64,000 nt of DNA from Gracilinanus agilis (GCF_016433145.1 NC_058130.1:333668577-333732576), one strand, 5' to 3'; shown: positions 1-12,874, counted from the stretch's first letter. Notes: generated by a model not told the origin, from the sequence alone. Translations and numbers: made by a program.

Positions 1-75
1 AAGGAAGGAAGGAAGGAAGGAAGGAAGGAAGGAAGGAAGGGAGGGAGGGAGGGAGGGAGGGAGGAAGGAAGGAAG
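1..75. repeat. (GGAA)n/(GGGA)n polypurine microsatellite, truncated by window start
   Basis: Tandem aagg and gagg units read directly. Confidence 0.95.
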
Positions 76-88
76 AAAATCTCATCTG

Positions 89-350
89 TTTTGCTGTTGT
101 TCAGTTGTTTCAGGCATGTCCGACTCTCTGTAACCCCATTTGAGGTTTTATTGTCAAAGATACTGGGTGGTTTGCCACTTCCTTTTCCAACTCATATGAC
201 AGATGAGTAAATTGAGGCAAACAGGATTATGTGACTTGCCCAAGATCACACAGCTAGTATGTGTATGTGGTCAGATTTGATTGAACTCAAGAAGATGAGT
301 CTTCCTGACTCCATCTTCCACATTTTACCCACTTCACCACCTAGCTGCCC
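89..350 (-). mobile_element. MAR1-type marsupial CORE-SINE
   Basis: CORE segment (aaattgaggcaaacag...tgacttgcccaag) plus RTE-derived tail; the 5' end ctagctgccc lies at the right. Confidence 0.75.
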
Positions 351-1460
351 TCATTTCTGTTTAAGTAAAGACAAAAACAAAGCAGACATTGTTGGGTGAC
401 AATGGTGATACTGTCAACTTTGAGAAGTTGATACCTCTGAATTACTCCCTATATTGTTTGTATCATGTCAGGAGGAAAAAGGGACTAATATAGACCTAGC
501 CTTTATATTCTGGGCTCTTGAAAATGCACTTTTAAAAAGAAAGATGATTTATTTTTGTCTTAAAGATGCCACTTAAAAAAATTTAAATATAAGTGGCAAG
601 TAAATGGCTTGATATTAAGTGCTGTTCAGCACTTGGAAAGAAATCAGTAAGCAATGCAAGTCTTATTTGAAGGAAGACCCTTAATAAAATGAAGGTAAAG
701 TGTCATACAGATATCAGTAGCTTCCACTTCTGAAGCTCTATCAAAGTTTGGAGAGGTGGGGAATTCTTGATCCTTCTCTCCTACCATATGAGCAATGGCA
801 TTTTTAGCAGAAAGCAAATGGCCACAGTACCTAAGTGCTTATTTGTAGAGTCTGAGAGGGAAATTCAAGGCTACTGCTGCCTAAATCCTTTCTCATGTGG
901 ACAATTCAACCTAGCACAGAAAGGTCACCACCTACTTTGAGGGTTGATTCATAGGTAAATCCAAGTCGAAGAGTTTCTAATTTTGAGAGTTCTAGGCACT
1001 GTATCTTCTTGAGAGAAGATTCTCTGATATATCTAGCTCCTTGGAGATAGAAAAAACCCATTCATACAGTTCCTATGCAGCATCTATTTGGACTACAGAA
1101 CCACTGAAGACTTCAGCTGAGCCAGAAGCTTGGGGCAGTAGAAACCATGGACACTGAGTAATCAGCTTGCCAGTGGAATATAATCCAGTAGAGACTATGA
1201 AATGGATACGATCAGAAATAGTCTGTGGACAACAATGGCCCTGAAGTATTAATGATCTGAGGCATCTTCTCTATGCTTTGACCATACATGATTCATATGT
1301 ACAAATATCATTACTCATGAATTGTATGTGTATGTTCATATCCTTTCTAATTTTACATGTGTTTGTGAGAGGTCTTGTTGCAACTTTTCATACTATGCCA
1401 ATTCAGTAAATGGCTAATTACTGAAAAGTAAATATATCAACTGGAGTTTATGTACCACAG

Positions 1461-1816
1461 CAGTGATGGGCAACCTTGTGAACTTGGTGTGTCAAAATTC
1501 ACCAAAAAACCAAGCATAACTCGGGTGGTGTGTCACTTTGAGAAGAAAAACCATAATTTTGCAATATTTATATTTTAAATAACAAAAATGTATAATTGTA
1601 ACATATAAGAGTATTTAATAAACCAAAATAGGTAAATTAATATAGGTAGAATTGTCATCTACAGGGCACAGAGTGTCTACACTACATTACATCAAATGTT
1701 TCATCCTCGGGATACGGCCCCATACTTCTCTGTATGCAGCCATATGTGGCTACGTAACATCGAAAATGGCTATGTGTGTCAGTGTTGACACGTGTATCAT
1801 AGGTTTGCCATCACCG
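1461..1816 (-). mobile_element. hAT MITE, hAT1-like (CAGTGATGG-type termini)
   Basis: TIRs cagtgatgggcaacct and aggtttgccatcaccg (13/16 match). Degenerate 8-bp TSD taccacag/tactatag. Confidence 0.8.
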
Positions 1817-2436
1817 TACTATAGCTTCAGAAATTGAGGCTTCACAGATTACTTTGAATTTGGAATAGTCGTCCAACCCAACCTTTGTGTTAGAACTATC
1901 TACAAAAGTCTAAACATTCCACAACATTTGAAAATTTTTAGCAAAAAAATCAATTTAAATTGATTTTGACCCCAAATGGCTCTTGGCAAAACTGTGAAGC
2001 AAGTAAATTCCTCTCTGCAACTCCCCAGTTCTTCCTTTCTCTGGTCTTTTATCCCTTCAATGCATTCATCATAAGTAAAATGTAAGCTCCCTGAGGGCAA
2101 GGACTCAGATTTTGGCAGGGTTTAGCCTTCTTATTCCCAGTGCCCTACACATGCTCACTGAATTGAATGACGTAATGCTCTCCATTCCTCATTTTCCACC
2201 AAATCCAATCAAGAAAGAATTTTAGAATTCCTTCACTTAAAAAAAAATATTTTATGTATCTATATATATTTATACATATATAACTTTTTTTTTTTTTTTT
2301 ATCCTGGGACTCCATTCTAGGAGCATAGGTTCCACAACCAGTAGGCAATGGGTCGCTCAGGGTCACCCAGCTGGGAAGTGTCTGAGCCCGGATTTGAACC
2401 CAGGACCTTTCAAAAATACTGAAAGCAGTTCTCTTT

Positions 2437-2995
2437 GTTGGGGCAGAAAACTGGAAAGAGGGGGGGCTGCCCATCCATTGGAAAATGGCTGAGTAAGTTA
2501 TGATATGTGATTGTAATGGAATCCTATTGTGCTGTAAGAAATAACGGGCAGGAAGAGTTCAGAAAAATCTGGAAAGACTTGCATGAACTGGAGCAAAATA
2601 AAATAAGCAGAACCAGGACAACATTGTACCCTATGACAGGAAAAGTGTACGATGACCAACTGGGATTAATTTAGCTATTCTCAGCAATACAATAACCAAA
2701 AACTATCCTAAAGGACTCAGGATAAAAAAGTCATTTGCTTCCAAAGAAAAACAACTGGTAGAAAATCCAGACCCTCAATTTTTTTTCTGTCTTAATTTTT
2801 TCTATTTGAGTTTACTTCCACAAAAGGATTAATATGGAAAAATGTTTTTTGTGATTGCTCACGTAAAATCTCTATGAGATTGCTTATTATTTCAAGGGGT
2901 AGGCTAGCAGGGAAAGGAAAGAAGAGAATTCAAGATTCAATATTTTTGAAAAATGTTAGAAATGTTTTTATATCTAATTGGAGAAAAATTAAATA
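2437..2995 (+). mobile_element. L1 3' fragment (ORF2 end and 3' UTR)
   Basis: Marsupial L1 motif tgcccatccattgg...atggctgag...ggaaagacttgcatgaactg with an A-rich end. Confidence 0.8.
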
Positions 2996-3371
2996 CAATT
3001 TAATTAAAAACCATAGGAGATAAAAAAGAATGGACCAAAGAGAAACTGGGTCACTGGTCCTTTCTTGCATAGCCAATAGGTGGTGACTTAACCCTAGGTC
3101 TTCCTGGCTTGTGACTCTAAGGGCTTCTGTCCCCTCTAAGGAGGAAGAAGAGAAGGAGGAGGAAGAAAAGCATAAGACATAAGAAATCAAGGAATCACTT
3201 AAATTTGTATTTTGCCAAAAGCTTTTCCTGCAACTATTGTTATAATCATGTAATTTTCTTGTTACTAATATGATCTATTTTTTTTTTTTTTTGCCTTCCT
3301 AATACTGAACTTATCCCATGTGCCTAGAATAAATCCCTCTTGGTCAAAGTAAGTAATCAAAAAAAAAAAAA

Positions 3372-3549
3372 TAACCTTTACCTTCTCTCTTATTATCAAT
3401 TCTAAGATAGAAGAGAAGCAAGGGCTAGGCAATTAGGGTTAAATGACTTGCCTAGGTCACACAGCTAGGAAGTGTCTCAAGTCAAATTTGAACCCAGGTC
3501 CTCCTGTCCCCAGGCCTTGCGTTCTATCTACTATGCTACCTAGCTACCC
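3372..3549 (-). mobile_element. Opossum SINE1-type element
   Basis: Reverse SINE body gggttaaatgacttgcctaggtcacacagctaggaagt...tttgaacccagg. Confidence 0.85.
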
Positions 3550-5062
3550 ATAATTCCATTTATTTTTAATAAGTTACATATCCAAACTCTGTATTTAAGC
3601 AAGGAATAAATTTTTAATTGTGAGATCCTAAGAATCTAGGAGGTAGGGAGTAGAGAATAAGGCATTTTCAGGGAGGAGGTCTTACAGTGCCCCTAAAATT
3701 ATATCCCTTTGTCTATACCTACTGTTCCTAATTAAAGTTTGGCCCAGTTCTTCACTTCCTGTTCAATCTCGAGCCAGGCAAATAAAGCAGATATTCTGAA
3801 TGTAGAGTATGCATGTTAAGAGAAGGAAGGAAGGAAACAAGCACTTATTAAATGATTGATGTGTGCCAGGCATTTTACCAATATTATCTTATTTGATTCT
3901 CACAACTCTGGGAAATGGGCATTATTATTATTCTCGTTTTATAGTTAAGGAAACTGAGGCAAAAGTTTACTTGTCCATGGTCCCAAAGTTAGTAAGCATC
4001 TGAGGCAAAATATGAACTCAAGTCTTCCTTCCTCCAGGCCTGGAGTGTTCTATCCACTGGCCCCAACAAAACAAAATCATTTTGAGATGCTCCCCCAGAA
4101 GCTGATAGCTTATGGTACCATCTTGTGAAAGACCTCACTATAATCTATGGTGCTACTTACTATCTTTGATGAGAGAAATGCTTCCCTCTAGTACCCTCTT
4201 GTATATTGCTGCCTTCTGCCCTTTAACAAGCATGCTTGCTAAAAAGAAGGCAACAAAATTCTAAGCCTCCTCCCTCCTGTGCAAAATGGGTTCAAGAGTA
4301 GCTCTAATTTCAAACCAGCTGCTTCAATGCAAGCCATTTTAAATGCCACATGCTTTTTTCATAACATCTCACATTTCTATGGGGCTTAAAGTTTACACAG
4401 TGCCTTCCTCACAACAGCCATGGGTAAGGCAGGTAATACAAGTATTATTATCCCTATTTTACTGAGGAAGAAACAAAGATGCAGAAAACAGAAAGGATTT
4501 GCCCCCCAAGACAGTCTGGATTTGGACCCTTGTCTTCTGACTCCAAATCTACCCTAATCCCATTGTATTATACTACTTCTAAATAGATAAACTGATTACA
4601 AATTCATATTTTAAAAAATGACTAGTTTTGCATACATTTAAAAAGTTAACATAACATAAGTTAATAATATATAATGACTATAACAACATAAATGAAAAAA
4701 TCACTGAAAGGAAGTTGAACTTGGAGTAACTGAAAAGCCCAAGGAAGGAAGGAAGGCCCTGGAGAAGAGATGGTAAAACATACCTCCTCCCTCACTGCAG
4801 AGAGGTGGGAGAGTACTAGGGGAGGCCTAAGATGGTCTAAGGTATATACATGGTCAGAAAAGGTTTCTGTGTCAGATGTTTTGGCTTATTTGTTTTTCTT
4901 TGTCACAAGGGAGGGTGGGAAACCACTATGATGTAAAGACAAAAGGCACCAAAATAAAATGTATTTTTTTTTAAGATGAGTATTTTGTGTGATGTTAACA
5001 GGATTCAACTCAGGTGGTAAACTTCAAGATACATAGCAAAATGCTGGGAAAACAAAATGCAA

Positions 5063-5450
5063 GATAGCTAGGTGATGCAATGGATAAAGTACAGGGCCTG
5101 GAGTCAGGAAGAATCATCTTCCCGAGTTCAAATCTGGCTTCAATGCTTACTAGCTGTGTGACCCTAGGCAAGTCACTTAACCACCATCAATCACCTCTCT
5201 TGTGCCTTGGAACTGTCAGTAAGAGAGGGGAAGGATTTGGGGGAAAGATGACCCGAGTTTGGATTTAGACATTGAGTTTGAGATGTCTACTGGACATCCT
5301 ATTCAAAATGTTTACAGTCAGTTTATCCACATCCTCTCTTCTCATTCCCTTCCAAACCTTGTGCAATCTGATCTCATCAGTCAACTGAAACTTCCACCTC
5401 CAGAGTTACACAGTATTGATTCTAAAATGGAAGGTTTTTAATTTAAAAAA
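5063..5450 (+). mobile_element. SINE interrupted by a 191-bp inverted templated insertion (5219-5409)
   Basis: SINE 3' part ...gccttggaac is split from tacacagtattgattctaa by foreign L2-derived sequence. Confidence 0.75.
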
Positions 5451-6188
5451 TTTTAAGAGCTTACGCTCTAATAGAGGTATCTGTGCCTCAATTTGAGATT
5501 TTCTTGGCAAAGATACTGGGATAGTTTGCCATTTTCTTCTCCAGCTCATTTTATAGATGAGGAAACTGAGGCAAACAGGATTAAGTGACTTGCCCAGGAT
5601 TGCATAGCTAGTGTCTGAGGCCAGATGAGTCTTCCTGACTCCAGGCCCAGTACCCTATCCACTATGCCACCTAGCTGCCCTAAAAAATAATGAACTCCAC
5701 ATATATGACTGTTGCTAAGGGAAGAGATTAGACTGCAACTGGAAACATAGATCTAAGAATTATCTGCATAAAGATGATAATTGAAATCATGAGATCTGAC
5801 AAGATCACCAAGGAAGATGGTACAGAAAGGAAGGTTAAGAGAGCTGAGGACAGAGCCTAAAAGGGCACTCACAGTTCAGGAGAGCTTGGCTGAGGGGAGG
5901 GATTATTCAGGAGAAAATCTACAATGCTACAGAGAAATCAAAAAGATAAGGATTGAGGGAAAAGTGATTACATTTAGCTATTAAAAGAAATCCCTGGTAA
6001 CTCTGGAGATGGAAGTTTCAGTTGACTGATGAGATCAGATTGCACAAGGTTTGGAAGGGAATGAGAAGAGAGGATGTGGAGGAACTGACTGTAAACATTT
6101 TGAATAGGATGTCCAGTAGACATCTCAAACTCAATGTCTAAAACCAAACTCGGGTCATCTTTCTCCCAAATCCCTGCCCCTCTCTTAC
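5219..6188. repeat. Inverted repeat, arms 5219-5409 and 5997-6188, about 96% identical
   Basis: Manual alignment of the reverse complement gave about 7 differences in 191 bp; spacer 587 bp. Confidence 0.9.
5480..5681 (-). mobile_element. MAR1-type SINE
   Basis: ttttcttggcaaagatactgg...tttgccattttcttctccagctcattttatagatgaggaaactgaggc. Confidence 0.8.
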
Positions 6189-6960
6189 CTTCACTGTTAC
6201 TGTAGAGGACAACTCCATCCTTCTAGTCTTTCAGGCTTACAACCCTAGGAATCATCCTGGATTCTTCACTATTCCTCACTCCTCATTTCCAAGCGGTCAC
6301 CAAGATTTCATCTTTGCAACTTTCTCTCCTCTTTGACTACCACCCCTTTAGTGCAGACCCTCACCACTTCATGTTTGGATTATTGAAACAGTCTGCAGGT
6401 GGATTTGCCTCCCTCAAGTATGTCTCCACCCCAATCCACCCTCCATTCAGTCACCAAAGTGATTTTCCTAAAGCACATGTCCAATCATGTCACCCACACC
6501 CCTACTCAATAAACTCCAATGGCTTCATATTACCTCCAGGAGCAAATACAAAATGGCATCCAAAGCCCTTTTATAACCTATCTCCTTCCTATCTTTCCGG
6601 GCTTCTCACACTTTACTCTCTGACACATACTCTTTTATCCAGTGGTACTGGTATCCTTGCTGTTCAAGGCACTATATCTCTTGGTTATGGGCATTTTCTC
6701 TGATTGTACTCATTCCTCTAACCTTCTCCTCTTCTCTAACTACTTAAAACCCAAATAAAATCTCACCTTCTACAGGAAGCCTTCATGAAACCCTTTTAAT
6801 TCCAGTGCCTTCCTTCTGTTAATTATTTCCTATTTACTCTGTATGTATGCTTACTTTGCATTTTTTCTCTCTTATTAAATTATAAACTCCTTGAAGGCAA
6901 GGACTGTTTTTGTCTCTTTTCTATCTCTAGGGTTTAGTAAGCATTTAACAAATGATTGAT
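5720..6960. mobile_element. L2 LINE fossil with an internal orientation switch near 6105
   Basis: 5720-6104 reads as reverse L2; from 6105 ggatgtccagtagacatctcaaactcaa reads as forward L2, ending in an L2 3' tail. Confidence 0.75.
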
Positions 6961-7515
6961 TGAATTAGTACTTTACTAGCACTGCCTTTGAAAATATCAG
7001 ATTACCTTTGTGCTCCAATAAAGCATTTGTGTAGCCCTTTACTTCCCTTTTGAATGAGTCATAGGCATCTCAGATTGAACTTATCTAAAACAGAACTCTT
7101 AAATTCCTTTCCTTCCCTGGTCCTTACAGAATCCCTAATTCTCCATTTAAGTTGCTAGCATCTCCACCATGTTTCACATGGTTCATAATGTAGGAGTAAT
7201 TCTTGATTCTTCCTTCTCCCTCAACCCTCATATCCAATCAGTTGCCAAGACTTCTTGATGCTACACCCACATCTCTTGCATCATTCTCCATATACAGCCT
7301 TTATCCTAATTCAAAACCAAATAATTTCTCACCTGAACTATCACAATAGTCTCCTAATCAGTCACTCAGTTTTCATTCTTTTCCTTTTTCAATCTATCCT
7401 TCATATAACTGCCAAACTGATATTTATAAAATGCAGATCTGACAATTTCATTCCCCAAAAAATTCTCTAGGATTAAAAATATAAATTCAAAGCTATCATT
7501 TAAAGACTTTTAAAA

Positions 7516-8144
7516 ATTTTGTATGTAAATAAAAAAGAAAAAGAAAAAAGTTTGTACAAAAAAATTCATAGCCACACTCTTTGTGGTGGCAAAAAATTGA
7601 AAAATGAGGGGGTGTCCCTCGATTGAAGAATGGCTGAACAAATTGTGGTATCTGATAGTGATGAAATACCACTGTGCAATAATGAACAATAAACGGCTTG
7701 ATATCCACATGAGCTAGAGAGACCTACATGAACTGATGCAGAGTGAAATGATCAGAAACAGGAGAACATTGTACACAAAGACTGAAACATTGTGGTACGA
7801 TCATATGGAATAGACTTTGCTACTGATAGCAATGCAATGATCCAGGATAATTCTGAGGGACTTATGAGAAGGAACACTATCCACATTTTGAGAAAGAACT
7901 GTGGGAGTAGAAACACAGAAGGGAACATTTGATTTTTCACTTGTTTATATGGGTATTGAATGTGGGGTTTGGGTTTTTAAAAGATTATTACAAAAATGAA
8001 TAATATAGAAATAGGTATTGAGTGATAATACATGTAAAACCCAGTGAAATTGTTTGTCGGCTCTGGGAGGGGGGGAGGGGAAAAAGGGAAGGAAAGAACA
8101 TGAATCATGTAACCATGGGAAAATACTTAAATTTTAAAAAATAG
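7516..8144 (+). mobile_element. 5'-truncated L1 with TSD
   Basis: L1 3' UTR motifs; TSD taaagacttttaaa/taaagccttttaaa. Confidence 0.85.
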
Positions 8145-8721
8145 TAAAGCCTTTTAAATACTTCTTTGACTGAGAACACTTAGTAGAACATCAATCTCTT
8201 CCTATTTAGAATTTGCTACTAATATAAAGAATCCAAATCAATTTTATTTCTATTCCTAAGAACAAACTTTTAATTAATGTACTCCCAACACTGACTGCTG
8301 ATTCCATTAAAGATAAACCGTTTTTATATGAAGCAAGTTGGAGATGGAGTACATATCCTTTACTCTAAATAACAATAATAGCTAGCATTTACATAAATGT
8401 GGAATTTATATAAAACTTTAAAGTTTTAAAAACATATATTATCTCATTTGATTCTCAAACAACCTGGTAAGGTATGTATTTTCATATTCCCCTTTCACAG
8501 ATGATCAAAGTATTGCTTAGGGAAGTATGTATGGAATGTCTGGGGAAAAGACTGATAAACTGTGGATCAAAAGCAGAATAGGGTCCCTGCTTGGGAATCA
8601 AAGTTTAACCATTGGATCAAATCTCTCCTTAGTCATCTCCAGTCCAATGGCCAAAGGACTCAGGATGGATCAGTTCTGGGGTGAAGGGAGAAGTGGAAAA
8701 TAAATGGAGATGGCATGTTTG

Positions 8722-8935
8722 TAAGGGTTTGCTGCTAAATGTTTAACAACTGCATTTCTGAGGAAAAATGTATTAGGACACACTTTTAAGTTTAATTTGT
8801 ATTATTAACGTTTTTTCCACCATTTTCTTAAGCTTAGGCAAGCAATAAAACAATAAAATCCCGATTTTTAGCATTTTAGCAATGAAAATGTATCTGCTCT
8901 CAACAGCAGTATGAGCTGGCTCTAGCATACCTATA
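8722..8935 (-). mobile_element. MER63A-like hAT-Blackjack MITE (ancient)
   Basis: Degenerate termini resembling cagtggtgtgctgg. The internal gattaaacttaaaagtgtgtc-like segment matches the recalled MER63 consensus. Confidence 0.65.
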
Positions 8936-9135
8936 TATGTGTATGCATATGCATGCAAGTCATGGCTACTAAAGGGTCAAGAGGGAAAAGAATAGTAGAA
9001 GGGATACCAATGATGGTACTGAGATGGATTTGGCCATCTGCCAACAGCATTATGAAATCCATGTTCAATGTTGGCCCTATCATTTCATTGGTATAAAGCT
9101 CACTCAGTAAGGAAACTCTCTTGCCCATTATTTCA

Positions 9136-9836
9136 TTTTATTTTATTTTATTGAATTTTTTTATCAAATTAATTAATTTAGAACATTTTTCCATGGTTAC
9201 AGGATTCATATTCTTTCCCTCCCCTACCTTCACCCCCCTCCCATAGCCAACGCACAATGGGTTTTACATGTGTCTTTGATCAAGACTTATTTCCATACTA
9301 CTAATATTTGCACAAGGTTGATCATTTAGAGTCTACACCCCAAATCATATCCCCATCAACCCATGTGTTCAGGCAGTGTTTTTCTTCTGTGTTTCTACTC
9401 CCACAGTTCTTCCTCTGGATGTGGATAGTTTTCTTTCTCATAAGTCCCTCAGAATCGTCCTGGATCATTTTATTGCTGCTAGTACAGAAGTCCATTACAT
9501 TTGATTGTGCCATAGTGTATCTATCTCTGTGTATAAAGTTCTGGTTCTGCTCCTTTCACTCTGCACCAATTCCTGGAAGTCATTCCAGTTCACGTGGAAT
9601 TCCTCCAGTTCATTATTCCTTTTAGCACAATAGTATTCCATCACCAACAGATACCACAATTTGTTCAGCTGTTCTCCAATTGAAGGGCATACCACCATTT
9701 TCCAATTTTTTGCCACCACAAAAAGCAAGGCTATAAATATTTTTATACAATTCTTTTTCCTTATGTTCTCTTTGGGGTATAAACCCAGCCGCAGTATGGC
9801 TGGATCAAAGGGCAGGCAATCTTTTAGTACCCTTTG
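9136..9836 (-). mobile_element. 5'-truncated L1 with 17-bp TSD
   Basis: TSD tcttgccca(t/c)tatttca at 9119-9135 and 9837-9853; T-rich tail at the left. Confidence 0.9.
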
Positions 9837-10139
9837 TCTTGCCCACTATTTCAGACAGACCCCAGTTGTGCTTTTCCTTACTCACTACTCACCAAGTCAA
9901 CACCTTGAAAATCTTTTAGCAACCTTGACATTAGGTCCAGTCAAGTAGCCCATACTGAGCACTCCTACTATCTTCATGCTCTGCTTCCCTCTACCTCTAG
10001 CTCTGGAAACAGTAATCAAATCCACCCTACCATTCTTGGAAGGGACAATTTTTTGGCCTAGGATCCCATTCTTGATCCCTATAACTTTCCAGACCAAAGT
10101 TCTTTGTTTCTCCTATTAAAATGTAAGCTTCTCAAAAGG

Positions 10140-10760
10140 GGAAAGGACCTATTTGTTAAAAAATATTTATAGCAGCTCTTTTTGTGTTGGCAAAGAATTG
10201 GAAATTGAGGGGATATCCATCAATTGGGGAATGACTAAACAAATTAATGGAATACTACTATGCTAAAAGAAATGAGCAGTATAATTTCAGAAAAACCTGG
10301 AAAGACCAAATGAACTGATGCAAAATGAGTGAGAACCAGGAAAACATTATTATATACAGTAACAGCAATATTGTATGATGATCAGCTGTGACAGATTTAG
10401 CTACTCTCAGCAATAAGACAAGTTCTGAAGGACTCAATGAAAAAAATGTTATCCACCTCCAGAGAAAGAACTAATAGTCTAAATGCAGATCAAAGCACAC
10501 TTTTTAAAGCTTTATTTACATGTGTTTTTATTTGGGGGTTTTGATTTTATATGAGTATTCTCTCACAACATGACCAATATAGAAATATTTTGCATGATCA
10601 AACACGTATGACCTAGATTAAATTGTTTACTATCTCTGGGAAGGGGAAGGGAAGAAAGTAAGGGAAACAATTTGGCTCTCATAATTTTGGAAAATATAGA
10701 TTAAAATTGTTATTCTGTGTAATTGGGGGAAAATAAAATATTTTGTTATTTTTTAAATGT
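10140..10760 (+). mobile_element. L1 3' fragment
   Basis: aatatttatagcagctcttttt...gggatatccatcaattggggaatg L1 3' motifs. Confidence 0.8.
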
Positions 10761-11980
10761 AATTCTTGAGAGAATAAAAACTATCTTTAATCACCAGCAT
10801 TTAGGATATTGCTTGGCATATATTTAGCTCTTATTAAGTGCTTTTTCATTCATTCGTTCAATAAATGCAGATTTGCATCTGCTCTGCAACTAATAGTCTT
10901 GAAGAGCTGCCCAGGGCACTGAGAGGGTAAGGGACTTATCCAGGGTCAGAGGCAGAACTTGGGCCTAGGGTTTCCTGACTCTAAGGGTAGACCTTGATCA
11001 TTACACCTTGATTCATTATGCTGCCCTTCACTCTATATTAAGTTGTGTGATCTGAGATACCTCAGAGTAACTCCCACAGGTCTATTATGGTGATTGGAAT
11101 GACAGAAGATATAAGGAAGGAATATTTCAACTCAAGATAACTTCAACAAAGCTGTTAAGAAATGAAACAGCTAACTTTATGAGGCAATAATGTGTTTAAG
11201 CAGAGCTCTGGATGTTATGGGGGATGGGACAGACTAGATGATTTCTAAAATCTTACCAAATGTTTGTGCCTCTAACATATTCCTTCGAAGATGCCCTAGG
11301 CCCTGGTTAAAATGAACAAAAAATGTGCCCTAAAGGCTAACTTTTTTATTAATTAACACAACTTAGTAAATTGTTAGTTAGCATAAGTGACAGAAAACAA
11401 AATTTGATGCCCTGAAATAGAGAAGTAATCTGTATTAAGAGAAAGGAACTCTCAAAAAAATCTAAAGTAAGGGCTACCACTATTGAGAATTCTAAACAAA
11501 TCTGGAGTGAAATAAGGGAGAGAGAAGGGTGCTGAAAGACATAGACATACTAAAACAACTTCACAATTTTGCCTAGAACTATTTCTTTGAAATATTATGT
11601 AACAATAATCTGTTGCAACAAGGTTGATCTGTACTAATTTCCTTTTTAAAAATTGGTCTTCTAGTCTACTAAACTGTAAAGTTCATTAAGGTGGGGAGTA
11701 CTTCTTATCTAAATTTTCATCTCCCCCAAGGCCTAGGCATACAACAGGCACTTAATATTTGGATGGATTCAACTATGACACAAGGCACAAGCTGCTCTGG
11801 GCCCACAAGTTTAAGACTGTAGTACAAAGTAGTAAAGTCACTTTTCACCTTTCTATGGAAATTCAGAACAAGTTAATACTAGTCATTTAGAACTCAGCAA
11901 TTGACACATTTATGGTGTCAGGAGATGCTTAGTCTAATAATTAAACTGGTTACATGCACATGCTTAAATTGTTTCTTTAG

Positions 11981-12177
11981 GGGCAGCTGGGTAGCCCAGT
12001 GGATTGAGAGTCAGGCCCAGAGATGGGAGGTCCTAGGTTCAAATCCGGCCTCAGACACTTCCCACCTATGTGACCTTGGGCAAGTCACTTGACCCCTATT
12101 GCCCACCCTTACCACTCTTCCACCAAAGAGTCAATACACAGAAGTTAAGGTCCTAAAATTAAGTAAATAAATAAATA
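11981..12177 (+). mobile_element. Young SINE1_Mdo-type copy
   Basis: Full body ggggcagctgggtagcccag...; perfect TSD gtttctttag. Confidence 0.9.
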
Positions 12178-12831
12178 GTTTCTTTAGTTAAGGCAATATT
12201 GTATTGTATCATCCTTAACAAAATCACCCAGGAATTTTGGGAATGGGTTGAAGGGTTTTTCACATACATATTTTGAAAACTATTTAAAGAGAACTTCTGT
12301 TTAAAAAGAAATGCTGGTTCAACAAATATAATGCCTACTATGTGCAAGGCAATGGGGATATGAAGACAGGTGACACTATCTCTCACTCAAGGTAACATTC
12401 TTCTAAGGAAGAATTCCATAGGTGAACAATATATACATATAGGTAAAGACATATCATTATATTGGGCGTGAAGGGGATAGTGGGAGATTCATACTACTCT
12501 CTAAAAATTGTTTCTGGGAAAAGCAATTTGTGCTACAAGACTCAGTGAAAAGTTTCATAGAGAAAATGGAGGAAGTTTTCCTGTGGAGGAAGCAAATTCT
12601 GTTAATTCCCAGAACAGAGGACAGACAACTTGCCGGCATGCACAGGGGACTGGAGGTGACATGAGTTTGGGGAACAATGAGCAGCCCTTTTTGGTTTTAC
12701 TGGCACCCTGTGGAGGGGGCAGTAATTTGAAATAAAGCTGTCAGGGCAGGTCGGAGCCAATTTGAGAAATACTAGTCAGGCAATAAGTAGTTATTGAGTT
12801 CCTACTATACGCCAGGCAGGATGCTAAGTGC

Positions 12832-12832
<1 letters not shown>

Positions 12833-12874
<42 letters not shown>
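12833..12874 (+). repeat. 42-nt poly(A) inside an L2 3'-end remnant
   Basis: Counted homopolymer. Confidence 0.9.

Noticed and set aside
7496-9948. Several 60-105 aa ORFs
   Set aside because: All fall within L1 3' fragments or adjacent repeats.
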